A stretch of DNA of 63,939 nucleotides, filler included, from Octopus bimaculoides (lineage: Eukaryota): NCBI RefSeq assembly GCF_001194135.2. It is 9 parts of 9 records of this genome, joined end to end, with 100 filler letters (N's around TTAATTAATTAA, not from the genome) between each part and the next. Parts side by side here need not be neighbours in the genome. Positions count along the whole stretch, not along the records: positions 48,643 to 51,625 come from NC_069008.1; positions 51,726 to 55,999 come from NC_069009.1; positions 56,100 to 60,908 come from NC_068987.1; positions 61,009 to 63,939 come from NC_068985.1; 5 more parts are not named here. The stretch is one strand, 5' to 3'. Below the pieces are notes generated by a model, which made no database searches, had not been told where the DNA came from, and worked only from the letters and a program-made list of their open reading frames with translations. Every line of letters starts with the position of its first letter. Positions within the stretch are counted from its first letter, which is position 1. Shown one piece after another: positions 49,080 to 61,115 of this stretch. The translations under genes and the position numbers were made by a program.

Positions 49080-50189
49080 CACACACATACACACACACAC
49101 ATACACGTAATGAGATTCCGTCACACCCACACATCATAATAATAGTAATACAGATAAACTATCTTTTGGATCACTTCACATATATTTGAGACATATTCTA
49201 CCCGTAAAAACGGCAGTTTTTACTGCGATTTAACGTGGAGAAAATTCTCGCCTTAGGCAACAGTTGTTAACACACTTACAAACATTTCAAAGTGTTTCAT
49301 GGATTGATTCCAAGCACTTTTGCTATCGTCAGCATCAGATTCCAAGCGGGACAATCCTGGAATGACTTTGAATGTCATCTTCCTCATAGAAAATCAATAA
49401 ATATTGACTAATGTTCACGTGCAAAGGCCACGATGCATGAACGAATTATAGATCAGACACACGAAGCAGTATTGTGATGAATTTTATCCGCGACAACCAC
49501 GGTAGTAAGAATATTTATGATAAACAAAAAGGCCTCCTTTCCGGGAGTGACCAATAAATGGGAAACAAAATCGATGAAATCAACTTATGATACATGACTT
49601 ACGATACATAATACATGAATTACGATACATGACTGGTAAAAGTTTTATTGTACTCGGCAGAATGTAAAGCATGTCTGATGGATGTAAAGCCGTCAGAATG
49701 CAAAGCCGTCTGATGAATATCCCAAGGGAGATACAAGAGTGAAGATCAAAACCAACGTGGATAGGTTCAGGAAGAACTGAAAAACTGACTGACGGTTGCA
49801 TTCGGGTTCAACTGGAATTCATTGCCAAATTTTGAGACTGATTGGGATCTGTTGTTGTCACACTATACTCTATATGGAGATAAAGCATTTAAGAGGACAT
49901 ATCGTCTGGCGTTTTGGCCTGTGTATCTAACTACTAAACTCAACGTTTCAGTGGTTTCTCTCAAGGTTATACAGTTTTCGGAAAGTATAGATTCATTGAT
50001 TCAACCAACAGTATTTAACAGACAATGATTTGTCCAGCAATCCTTAACACACAAATATTCATTGTACATACAGTAGCTTCATCGTCTGCCTGTTTCAACT
50101 ATTGTGCAGTAGCCATGTTAATACACCGCCTTGAAATATTTTAATAGGACAAATCCTCTGGTATGTATTCTATCAAGGTATTTTGCCGA

Positions 50190-50890
50190 ACCGCTAGGTT
50201 ACTGAGGCATAAACACAACAACATCAAAGCAATACATATCGAAGAACTACGAAAAACGGAAAACGCTCCGGATGCGTACAATAAGCTACCCTTTATTACA
50301 ACACACAACCCAAGAGACACACAGGTTTGCAATATTATCCACCAGAACATCCCACTACTAAAACGAGACTCAAGAATGAAACAAGCTTTCAAAATACAAA
50401 AAGATGATCAAAAATAAAAGACAATGAAAGTCCCTCAAAAATTCCTCACAAGTGCTAAATTATCTTCCAAAATTCCTACACCGACAGTCAAAATATGCGG
50501 TTGGCCCGATTGCGGGACCTGCATCAACTTTATTGAAGACACAAAATACAAATTCAAGTCAGACAGACATGTACCGAAAAAATCTCTTTACATATTCTTC
50601 AAGCAATTTAATATATGCTATCAAATGTCATGGATGTAATGAAGATTACATAGTTCGAACAAAGCTTACTCTAAGAAGGTGAGTGATCATTCACCATCAA
50701 CAAAAATGAGACCCCAGTACTAGACAGATGCCACTGAGAGGTCACATAGACATATGTGCAAAAAATAAGTCTCCCAAATTCCAAATCTTCCCATTCTGAT
50801 TATGTTCAGCGAATACCATAGGTGAAGCATGGATAAGCAAAGAAAATACTTTCATACAAAAGTACAAACCAACACGTAACAAACTTTAAT
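50190..50890 (+). mobile_element. Penelope-like element, thumb/linker + GIY-YIG endonuclease, degraded
   Basis: KLPFITTHNP, QPPNL-like VPQKFLTSAK, CGWPDCGTC, SSNLIYAIKCHGCNEDYIVRT...LRRR, KENTFIQKYKP. Confidence 0.85.
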
Positions 50891-51533
50891 AGATTACATA
50901 CTCAAATAACTATTCACACACAAAATTCATTTTGAAACTTATCATGAGGAACCTACACAGCTAACAACTTAACTTCTAGCCATTGGACAACATACAAACG
51001 ACTCCTGCACACTCTCCCACTCCCACCTGTCAGATTAAATTTGGAGTGCCTTGACTATAAGTAAACATGTTCACTCAACCGTGTCAGTCCTTCTTTTTAG
51101 GCGCAAAATATGTTGTCACGCGACACTAAAGCACGGACGTATCGGGAAACGCACAAAGTCTATCAACTTAATCATGTGTTCATTCTCTACGAACATTCCA
51201 AAGAAAACGTTCAGAGCATTGATTGTTCAGATTTGTCACTTCATACTAACATACGGACGTAGCGGGGAACCTATAAAAATTTCTGATGCCAGTCATATGT
51301 CTATCCTCTGCCAATCAAATCCTATTCAAAACATAAACTAATTTGAACCTTGAACTCCCTATCAAGAAAGAAAAAACCTCAAACACAAGTCAGAAACATA
51401 AGCCACGTCTTACAATTTGAACTTCAAACGTATTAATAAGAAATACTTTCACTATTCTCAGTGCATTTTCAACTTGTATTAGTGGCAACAAAAGAAAGAA
51501 AGAGACCTCGATATTATGCAATAGAGGAATGTA

Positions 51534-51617
51534 TCTGTAAAAATATGTGACACTTATTCAGTAGCTTTATCGGAGTTTTATCATGGCTACTGAATAAGTG
51601 TCACATATTTTTACAGG
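51534..51617. mobile_element. 84-bp MITE remnant / perfect hairpin
   Basis: Perfect 31-bp inverted repeat CTGTAAAAATATGTGACACTTATTCAGTAGC (51535-51565 / 51586-51616), 20-nt spacer, TA on both flanks. Confidence 0.85.
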
Positions 51618-51894
51618 TATATATANNNNNNNNNNNNNNNNNNNNNNNNNNNNNNNNNNNNNNNNNNNNTTAATTAATTAANNNNNNNNNNNNNNNNNNN
51701 NNNNNNNNNNNNNNNNNNNNNNNNNATATATATATATATATATATATATATGTTTGTTCATATGATGATATCTCTACAATGTGTTGATGATGAGAAAAAC
51801 ATGTAATCGCTACCAATATAGCAAGAGATTTCACCGCAAAAAAGTCTAAATTAGACTCCTTAAGGATCGTTCTCCTTGGTTATATATCCAAAGT

Positions 51895-52315
51895 TTTAAA
51901 TTTAAAAGAGAGTTTTGACACTAATATCCATTATTATTGAAATTTATTCCTATGTCAACATTTCTGTATAAGGCTATATTTAACTGTCAAATTTAAGTCA
52001 AACATATAATTTGCCTTACACATCTTCAGGGAAAAAAGGTAAACACCAAAACATCATCACTAAATCCAGTCCATATTCAAATTTGTCCTTAAATAACTCG
52101 TTAAATAAATTCCTTTATTTAAGGAGGAATTTATTTAACGAGTTATTTAAGGAGGAATTTGAATATGAACTGGACTTAGAGACGATGTTTTGGTGTTTAC
52201 CTTTTGTTCTTAACCCTTTTTCCCTGAAGATGTGTAAGGCAGAAATGTTGACATAGGAATAAATTTCAATAATAATAATGGTTATTAGCGTCAAAACTCT
52301 ATTTTAAATTTTAAA
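51895..52315. mobile_element. ~420-bp near-perfect palindrome (foldback MITE-like), between TA runs
   Basis: Arms pair over most of their length around a centre at ~52113-52122; the left arm has a ~45-bp extra segment and the right arm an ~11-bp one. Confidence 0.85.
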
Positions 52316-52384
52316 TTTTATATATATATATATGTATATATAAATAATGATGAAAATAGTAATAGTAGTACTAATGATCTTTTC

Positions 52385-52812
52385 TTCTATAGGCACAAGG
52401 CCTGAAATCTTGTGGGAGGGGGCTAGTCAATTACATTGATGCCTAGAATATAACTGGTACTTAATATAATCAACCTCAAAAGGATGGAAGACAATTTCCA
52501 CCTTGGCAGGGTTTGAACTCAGAACGTAAGGATGGACGAAATGCCACTGAGCATTTTTTTCTGGGGTGCTAACGATTCCCAATAATAATAATAATAATAA
52601 TAATGATAATAATAATAATGATTTCAAATTTTGCCACAAGGGCAGCCATTTTTTGGGGGAAGGGGTAAGTTGATTACATCGACCCCAGTGTTTCACTGGT
52701 ACTTGTCTTATTGACCCCGAAAGGATGAAAGGCAAAGTTGACCCCGGTGGAATTTGAACTCAAAACGTGAAGACAGATGAAATACCACTAGGCATTTTGC
52801 TTGTTCACTGCC
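52385..52812 (-). mobile_element. Two tandem family-A SINEs (52385-52580, 52625-52812) separated by (AAT)n
   Basis: Family-A core GGATGAAAGGCAAAGTTGACC...GGAATTTGAACTCA on the plus strand, twice. Confidence 0.88.
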
Positions 52813-53007
52813 TTCGATAGTTATGAGTCTAATAGAAATTAATAATAATTTTAATAATATTAATATGAAAGGTAGGGAAAAAATTGAAAGACTTAAGAGT
52901 GTGGTGGGGTGGGATGGAAGTTGATGAGATTGGTGATGATGAATGTAGTGATATAAATGTGAATGAGTTGATGAAGGAGGAGGTGGAGGAGGAGGGAGAG
53001 GATAAGG

Positions 53008-53222
53008 GGGAGAAGAAGAAGAATTCAATGAAGAAGAAGAAGAAGAAGAATTGAACGAAGAAGAAGAAGAAGAATTGAACGAAGAAAAAGAAGAAGAAGA
53101 ATTGAACGAAGAAGAAGAAGAAGGATTGAACGAAGAAAAAGAAGAAGAAGAATTGAATGAAGAAGAAGAAGAATTGGAAGGAGAATGAGGAGGAGAAACC
53201 GAACAAGGAGAGGAAGAAGAAG
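53008..53222. repeat. GAA-derived minisatellite, (GAA)5-7 + TTGAAC units
   Basis: About 7 units of 21-27 bp. Confidence 0.9.
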
Positions 53223-53226
53223 AAGA

Positions 53227-53260
<34 letters not shown>

Positions 53261-53655
53261 ATTTTACAAGAATTGGAAGACGTGAGAATAGAGAAGTAGG
53301 CAGACCTACAACAGCAACAACAACAGTGACGCCAACAACAACAACAACAACAACACTGTCAACAGCAACACTAAGTTCTATCAAATTGCGTCCCATTATT
53401 TCCATCAACTAGTCTTCAGAAACTGAAGACAATGGTACGAGACTCTACAAACCCTTTGAAATCTTTGAGACTTCATTTATTTTTTTTAATAAAAGTTAAT
53501 CTTTGAAAACTGTTTTGAGATGAAACAAGAAAGTTATTAGGTGGGTGGACACCCTAACCCCACGGCCACCCGGCTCCACAACCACCCAGAAAAAGTGGGA
53601 CATAGTGTTGAGTGTTGATTTGTAATATATACACACTGGTGCATGCGTGTGTATA

Positions 53656-53692
<37 letters not shown>

Positions 53693-53753
53693 CAGGCTCA
53701 CACAGGCGTGTACACTTATGTACATGATGTATATAAGTATTTAACATTGTATA

Positions 53754-53797
<44 letters not shown>

Positions 53798-54474
53798 TAC
53801 ATACACCTATATTTTTGGATACATGTGTATAGACATACATATACAAGCATGTATATATATATATATACACAATTTCTTGTATGCATATATACACATATAT
53901 ACATGCATGTATGTGCAGACATATAGACACATACATATGTGATATGCATACACTTATATTTCTGCATATACGCATATGTATACACATACATATGCGATAC
54001 GCATACTTACATATCTGTATATACACATATATATGTATACACACACNNNNNNNNNNTACAACCACAAGCACCCGACTGAATGCATCACGATTCACAAGGC
54101 TGTACCTAGGAACGCACACTGCACCTATTGTACTGTACTCAACAGACTCCAGAGCCATGCTAATTGCAGGTTCTGAATAAGGTGAATAATAAATAAATAA
54201 CGACAGATGAAAATTGGTTCAGTCATTACAGCTGTTTCGAATGAGTTTTTTTATTGATGAATAGAGTTATGTGTGTGTGTGTGTGCATAATACACACACA
54301 CACACACACACACATATCTATCTATCTATCTATCTATATATATATATATATATAATTTATATAAAGGGCATTAACTGTGTAGTAATGCCTCACGCTTCGA
54401 GGGACTAAATAAGTCAAAAACTACCAAAAAATAAGCAACATATTTACCGAAAGCATATATATGCATATTCTTTT

Positions 54475-54680
54475 ATTCTTTTACATGTTTTGAGTCATGT
54501 GACTGCGCCCATGCTGGAGCACCGCCTTAAGGAGTTTTTTGATGGAAGAAATTGACCCCAGGATTTATTCTTTGTAAGCCTGGTACTTATTCTATCAGTC
54601 CCTTTTGCCAAACCGCTAAGTTACAGAAATATTACCACACCAATATTGCTTGTCAAGTGATGGTGGCAGGTACAAAGACA
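54475..54680 (-). mobile_element. SINE family B 3' half
   Basis: GACTGCGCCCATGCTGGAGCACCGCCTT...CCTTTTGCCAAACCGCTAAGTTAC. Confidence 0.82.
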
Positions 54681-54734
54681 CACATACATGAATATAAATG
54701 CATATATATATATCTATATACATAAATGTGTAAT

Positions 54735-55500
54735 GGTGTCTGTGTGTGTGTGTTTGGGGTTACTCTAACTCCTCCCACACCATCCAACTGATTTTAATGA
54801 TTTTTGGCACATAGGTAGATCACATGCCCTGAAGTTCAATAATGCTCAGTTGGCATCAATTTTTGTGGGCTCAATCGGGTGTTTGGATGGAAATTCCCAT
54901 AACGATGTTATTTTTCCTGCAGCTTTTGCATTTTTTGTCCAGTTTTGATGAGAATTGATGAGTGAGCGAGGCTCATGGCAGTGAGTTGATGTCAGTATAT
55001 GGCATTGATAAAAATCGATAATTGCGCCTGAGCAGTGGTTTTAGAAAATCAATAGGTTTTTTGGGGTGCAAATACCCATAGGGATTTTATTTTTGGCCAT
55101 AACTTTTATATTTTTCATCCGATTTTAATGAAATTTGAGATGTAGGTAAATTTTGTGGTGGGGGAGACAGTAAAAGTGTTTATTTAATTCAAAAGGGCTT
55201 GAAAAGGGCATAAATGCAAATAAACATTTCCTTAGAGACATTCTTATCAATTTTGTAGAAATTTTACACATAGTTACAGTTCATGTCCATTAGTTGATGC
55301 CAGCATGAAGAGTTGACAAAAAATTGATAATTGCGCATGACTGGGGGATTTTAGGAAATCAATAGGCTTTTTGTATGCAATTCCTCATAGGATTAATATT
55401 TTATGTTGTAACTTTTACAAAATTCATACGATTTTGATGAAATTTGACATTTAGGTAAAGTTTATGTTCGGAATCATGTAGTAGAATTAAAATTAAACTG
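54735..55500 (+). mobile_element. DINE-1/Helentron-like element with ~310-bp internal tandem units
   Basis: (TG)n then C(C/A/T)GATTTT(A/G)ATGA(A/T)(A/T)TT cores at ~54788, ~55120 and ~55428; 55005-55150 and 55313-55460 are recognisably homologous. Confidence 0.55.
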
Positions 55501-56299
55501 GTTTTGAAGACAATTGACCCATGAGTAAAATTAAGCACTTCAACATACGAAACATCGATTATTCATATAATGTATTTGGATTTAAAAGTCAATGGGATAT
55601 TTTCTTGTCACATGGATTCTATTTTATGACATAACCTTAACACTTTTCTTCGGATTTTGCTGAGATTGGACACGCTGATCAATTTTGTACAGAGGGTGGC
55701 ATTAAGAGGAGAGAAATAAACAAACATCACTCTCAATGGTCGAGGTACACCCAAAAGATTGACTCCGATTTCAGACGGTCCAGTATGTAGGAGTATGTCG
55801 AAAGTGCTAACCGGGTAAAATCCCTGCCGAACCAGATATAACCTCTTCATGGCTGATAGTTGGCACAGGGAACATAAAAGATTTCAATACAAGGTCAGAG
55901 GTGGGCTTAACTTCAACACTGAAAACACAAGCAACTCCGGGTCCAACAGCTAGTATACATACATACATACATACAGACAGACAGACAGACAGACAGACAN
56001 NNNNNNNNNNNNNNNNNNNNNNNNNNNNNNNNNNNNNNNNNNNTTAATTAATTAANNNNNNNNNNNNNNNNNNNNNNNNNNNNNNNNNNNNNNNNNNNNT
56101 ATATATATATATATATATATATTTAATAACATCTTGAATGTTTGTTTCCACTTCCTATTTCTTCTTAAAATAGGTCTTGCTTGTCCCCAGATTCAAATCC
56201 CACGCAAGTGTGTCTATTGTTTCTTAGGACACTTAAGCAACATTTAGCTGCCTTGGAATTATTCTTCCGGATCCGCCCTAATACTCTGCATACACAAAC

Positions 56300-56810
56300 A
56301 CACGCACACACACCTATATATATAATTCAATCTGTGTGTGTATGTGTGTGTCTCCTCGATACTCGACCAAACCGCTGGATAAATATATACCAAATTTGTC
56401 ATGAAGTTTTTTCAGTACTCAGGGAAGGTTCTAGGTGGTTCAAATGTTGGCCCTTTACCATACAAGGGATGTAGCCCCTCCACACACACATACGACACTT
56501 CCCATTTTTTTAGCTGACTCCTATGCTGTCGACGTGGGAGATTATGAATATATAAAAAGCATGTCATTAAACTTTTAAATTGCCCCCACAATTTTTAAAT
56601 GAGGAACTCCAAGCTCGATCCAAACACCCTCACCGCCCCAACCCCTTGTCAAAAATTGTAAATGAACTGCTATAACAGTTAAATGTCTTGAAATTTTCTT
56701 GTGTCTGTGTGTGCGCGCATGCAGCTATTTTGAAAGCTTATGCGAATGAACAGAGAAAATAAGCAGAAATATATTTTACAGGTTTTTCATACGGACGCAC
56801 GCCCGGTAAA
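56300..56810 (+). mobile_element. Possible further DINE-1/Helentron-like non-autonomous element
   Basis: (TG)n, then TCTCCTC...AAACCGCTGGATAAATATATACCAAATTT core-like motif. Confidence 0.4.
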
Positions 56811-57009
56811 AACTCTTATTACATTGACATAACTCATTCATCCATTCAGTCATTATGCAATATACGCTGTAGGATATCTTTCAATTTATACGATAAACTT
56901 AAGAAATTTCAAAGTTCAATATTCCCGTGACATAAGTTAGAAGTATCAATCAACATGAGTTATTTTAATAATAGTTCGTGGAATGGACCTAATAAAATTA
57001 GTTAGATTA

Positions 57010-57345
57010 CACTCGATATTTCATATTTAAATCCGACGTGACTATTTCTATTTGGATAGGGATTAGACAATGTTATATCTTGATAAACTTCCAATACATA
57101 TTTTGGATATTTTTGGAACAACTCGTCTTATTAACACTCGATATTTCACATTTAAATACGATGTGAGTATTTATTCTTGGATATGGATCGAAAAATATTA
57201 TATGCTGATAACTAACATTATCTATTCTTACTATTCTTGGAGCAACTCGACTTCTTTACATTGGATATTTCTATTTTATGTCAGATGTGAGTAATTAAAC
57301 TTAGATATAGATTTATAAATATTGTATGCTGATAATTAACGTTAC
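57010..57345. repeat. ~123-bp tandem repeat, ~2.7 diverged copies
   Basis: Units start ACACTCGATATTTCATATTTAAATCCGACGTGA / ACACTCGATATTTCACATTTAAATACGATGTGA / ACATTGGATATTTC...AGATGTGA. Confidence 0.75.
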
Positions 57346-57374
57346 ATACTAGCCGGAAAAGGGCTGTGTGGAGA

Positions 57375-57930
57375 AATTGAAGTCGACGATACGTCGATTG
57401 TGCCATATTGTCCCCTTCTGTCAAATATCTTCAAAGCATACATCAATGGTGTGTTTTGCAACTCTCTGAAATCAAGAATGATAAGGTGACATGTTATCAG
57501 ATGGCATGCTACATTACCGGTAGGAAATAAAGCAGCCTAGAGACTCTGTAACTTTCCACTGCATGAACAACATTCAACAGTTATCGATGTAACTGTACAT
57601 GTAAGGAATGGCCAGCAAATCTATTTTAATTCAGACAATTCACAACGTCTCCAGCAGCAAATTGAAGCTCCAGGTTCAACAACATTGAGTTCTGTTTTTG
57701 AGCTATCTATTTGTTTCCAATTTTTGTACCAAGAAAACACTTAATTTTATACATGGCAACAGACGACTGAACCATGTCATTGCTCAAACTGTGGAAAAGC
57801 ATCCAAGAATCAATTGAGATTCAGCATTGGGAAGGGTCTACACTGTACATCTCAACGACTTTGAGTGTTATTTTTTGAGTTTCCTTTTGCACAAAGTCTG
57901 TGGTCCAAAGAGTTTCCACCTATTTCTGAT
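57375..57930 (+). mobile_element. Helitron Rep/helicase gene fragment, degraded
   Basis: VDDTSIVPYCPLLSNIFKAYING..CNS; FPLHEQHSTV..VHVRNGQQIYF; TTLSSVFEL; YTWQ; IGKVYTVHL-like segment NDFECYF; HKVCGPKSF. These match the conserved Helitron stretch VDNRWIVPY...FPIHER...VHLENGQRVYF...GRVYTVH...LLHxVRGPTSF. Confidence 0.85.
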
Positions 57931-58269
57931 TAACATGTTCATATCTTTTCACCCTTATGATTTATGGTCTAAGGAGTATAACTCTTAGCTTCTTACTTTA
58001 TACTTTGTTTTGTTCACTTTTTCCTTTTTTAAATTTTAGTTTTTCTGTTTCCGTTTTCTGACTTCTACCTTCAGCGTTTTTTTATGTCGTTTCTGCTTCA
58101 AGTATATGTTCAAGATGTTTCTCAATATATAAAACTATTAGTAGCACTTAACGACATGTATTATGTCCTTTAAATAAATTAGATATACCTCTCACCAGAT
58201 AGAGTACATTTTTGTTGAATTTCCTATCACGGAAGAGTGCATTACACACACACACACACACACACACAT

Positions 58270-58314
<45 letters not shown>

Positions 58315-58979
58315 NNNNNNNNNNNNNNNNNNNNNNNNNNNNNNNNNNNNNNNNNNNNNNNNNNNNNNNNNNNNNNNNNNNNNNNNNNNNNNNNNNNNNN
58401 NNNNNNNNNNNNNNNNNNNNNNNNNNNNNNNNNNNNNNNNNNNNNNNNNNNNNNNNNNNNNNNNNNNNNNNNNNNNNNNNNNNNNNNNNNNNNNNNNNNN
58501 NNNNNNNNNNNNNNNNNNNNNNNNNNNNNNNNNNNNNNNNNNNNNNNNNNNNNNNNNNNNNNNNNNNNNNNNNNNNNNNNNNNNNNNNNNNNNNNNNNNN
58601 NNNNNNNNNNNNNNNNNNNNNNNNNNNNNNNNNNNNNNNNNNNNNNNNNNNNNNNNNNNNNNNNNNNNNNNNNNNNNNNNNNNNNNNNNNNNNNNNNNNN
58701 NNNNNNNNNNNNNNNNNNNNNNNNNNNNNNNNNNNNNNNNNNNNNNNNNNNNNNNNNNNNNNNNNNNNNNNNNNNNNNNNNNNNNNNNNNNNNNNNAACT
58801 GAAAAAACGTGTTTCTTTATTCTTTATAAATTGACATTTTTTAGAAACATGAGAAATCGTAATAATTTTATCGATTTATTGGGTGTTATGCACTTTCAGT
58901 GCCTGTTGTTTCAATTCTCAAGCTATTTTTTTGTATTTTGAGTACAATTTTTTAATTTTTGATTTTTTTTTAATTGTAA

Positions 58980-59087
58980 GTAGGCCCACATGTAATTGTA
59001 AATGTGAGTGGACATGGGAAAAGGTGGGGCGTAAAAACTTTTGCTATGAAAAAGTGGGGCGCCGGGAAAAAAGGTTGGGAAACACTG
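58980..59087 (+). mobile_element. Terminal part of a hAT (Buster/Charlie-like) non-autonomous element
   Basis: Ends AAAAGGTTGGGAAACACTG (reverse complement CAGTGTTTCCCAACC), followed by TTCTAGAC, an 8-mer with central TA. The other end is not visible. Confidence 0.55.
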
Positions 59088-60530
59088 TTCTAGACTATCA
59101 TATTGAAATAACCCTCAATGCAGACAACCTGCTAGATATAATTTTATTTCGAACTTGGAATATTTTCTGTTTAAGAAAATAACTTTCCCCTGTAGCCAAA
59201 TTTAATTACAGGAACAATTTTGGTATCAGGTTAGCAAGTAATTAACAAATGTCAGTTATTCAACTTAAGTTTTGTCAACAAAACATGTTAAACATCATAA
59301 AAGCGAGAACATTCTTCCAGACTATTTGAGTTCCGGGAGTAGTGCCATGATCGAGTAAAATATATGTTGGAAGATATTCTCGAAAGCTCTAAAGGAAGTG
59401 TGACATTGCCATGTGTTGTCGTTCAATATTCTTAAATGCTTCGTAATACTGTTCCTAATTAGTCGTTAATTTTTTCTGACGCATTATACGTTGTAACCCT
59501 GTCTGAATTCATTCGTATTCATTATAGATCACTTACGTTTTGAATTGAATAAGTCCAACGGAGCATATGAAATGCTTACAAAAAAAAAACATTACACCAC
59601 CAAACATATTTGTAAATAGAGTCATGAATAATGGATTAGATCTGAATGGGCAGAGAATTTTTTTATTTGCAAACTTCGGCGACTAAATTAGTAAGGAGTC
59701 CATTTGAAACCACTCTAAATCTGTTATCAAATTGATTCCCTAAGTCAAGAAATGTTTACCTTGTCTTCGTTTCTTAGTATAAATTCATATACCTTATGGA
59801 TGCGTCTCAGTCAAAGAAATTGTACGTCAGAGACCTATATAGTCTGTAAGTGAATCTCTTAGTATCTGGCTGTTATATCATTTTCCAAAACAGAAAGTCT
59901 ATTTTAAGACCTAGGTGAATCATCGAGTATGATTTCTATCGATTAGTATAGCAAAAATTGATAATTTTCAGTGAATTTTCGTAATGCGTGATTCTTATTG
60001 TCATACTTTTTATATATAATTTATCTTACTTCGACAGTCTGTGTCGGCTGTCTTACAAAGTAGAAAAAATGGTGATGACTAAAACCAGACAATTTTTCAG
60101 CCGGGTGGTATTGAACGCCCATTAAATAAATTGTCATATTCCTTGTAGATCAGTCTGCAGAATGTCTGTCTGCGAATTCAGTTACAAAGATGAATCAACT
60201 CTGTTGATCAATATGAACACGGTGCTCGTACTTTATCGCTAAAATTTCCTGGGTTTTGGATTATGCCATTTGCTCGCTATATTCCAGTATATCGTCGATT
60301 TCGATAGTGGTAAATAGCTTTGTACCAAGATTATATAGTTATCAAAGCAATAACTACACCAAGTGACAACGATATTTGCAGAATGTCCTCGTCAAAATAA
60401 ATGTTACTTGCGACAATTTTGTGTTTTGTATAGTACTAATTATTAAGAGAACATTTTCACTACATTGTAATCGAAGTTCTTTAACATTTAACAAGCTTGA
60501 TAGTACGAATGACGCTACACATATAAAACT

Positions 60531-60533
<3 letters not shown>

Positions 60534-60612
<79 letters not shown>

Positions 60613-60759
60613 GTATCTATCTATCTATCTCTCTTTCTCTCTCTTTTCTTGTCTATCTAGCCCCCTCTCTCACTATCTCTCGGTCTATCTATCTGTCTAT
60701 CTATCTATCTATCTATCTATATATCTATCTATCTGTCTGTATGTCTGTCTGTCTTTCTT

Positions 60760-60830
<71 letters not shown>
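60534..60830. repeat. (CT)n and (CTAT)n microsatellites
   Basis: Direct inspection. Confidence 0.92.
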
Positions 60831-60831
<1 letters not shown>

Positions 60832-60908
60832 ACGGGAGCATTCCCGGTTTTGTGAGTCGAGGAGCCGTAACGCTGCTGAAGAAAGATCCAAACAAGGGAG
60901 ACGTCATA
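60831..60908 (+). mobile_element. Tx1/L1-like LINE RT N-terminal fragment, cut by a spacer
   Basis: [26 protein letters not shown], the segment that precedes N(Y/F)RPI(S/T)LL in L1/Tx1 RTs. Confidence 0.6.
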
Positions 60909-61115
60909 NNNNNNNNNNNNNNNNNNNNNNNNNNNNNNNNNNNNNNNNNNNNTTAATTAATTAANNNNNNNNNNNNNNNNNNNNNNNNNNNNNNNNNNNN
61001 NNNNNNNNCGTGAAGTAACTATCATTCAAATTGAACAATTTTTTTATTGTGAAATTTATAAAAAACTGATGTGTTATTTTTGCTACCCACTGCATTTATA
61101 TATATATATATACAT

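Noticed and set aside
49706-49740. CTGATGA followed by a short stem near the 50-kb Penelope element
   Set aside because: GAAA and the cleavage triplet are missing; could be chance.
54220-54266. GAAACAGCTGTA motif on the minus strand resembling the 3' half of a hammerhead
   Set aside because: No CUGANGA core or helix I partner upstream on the same strand.
6080-58941. Many long ORFs in the supplied track made of X, or of HT/YI/CV/poly-amino-acid runs
   Set aside because: They are read-through of N gaps and microsatellites, not genes.
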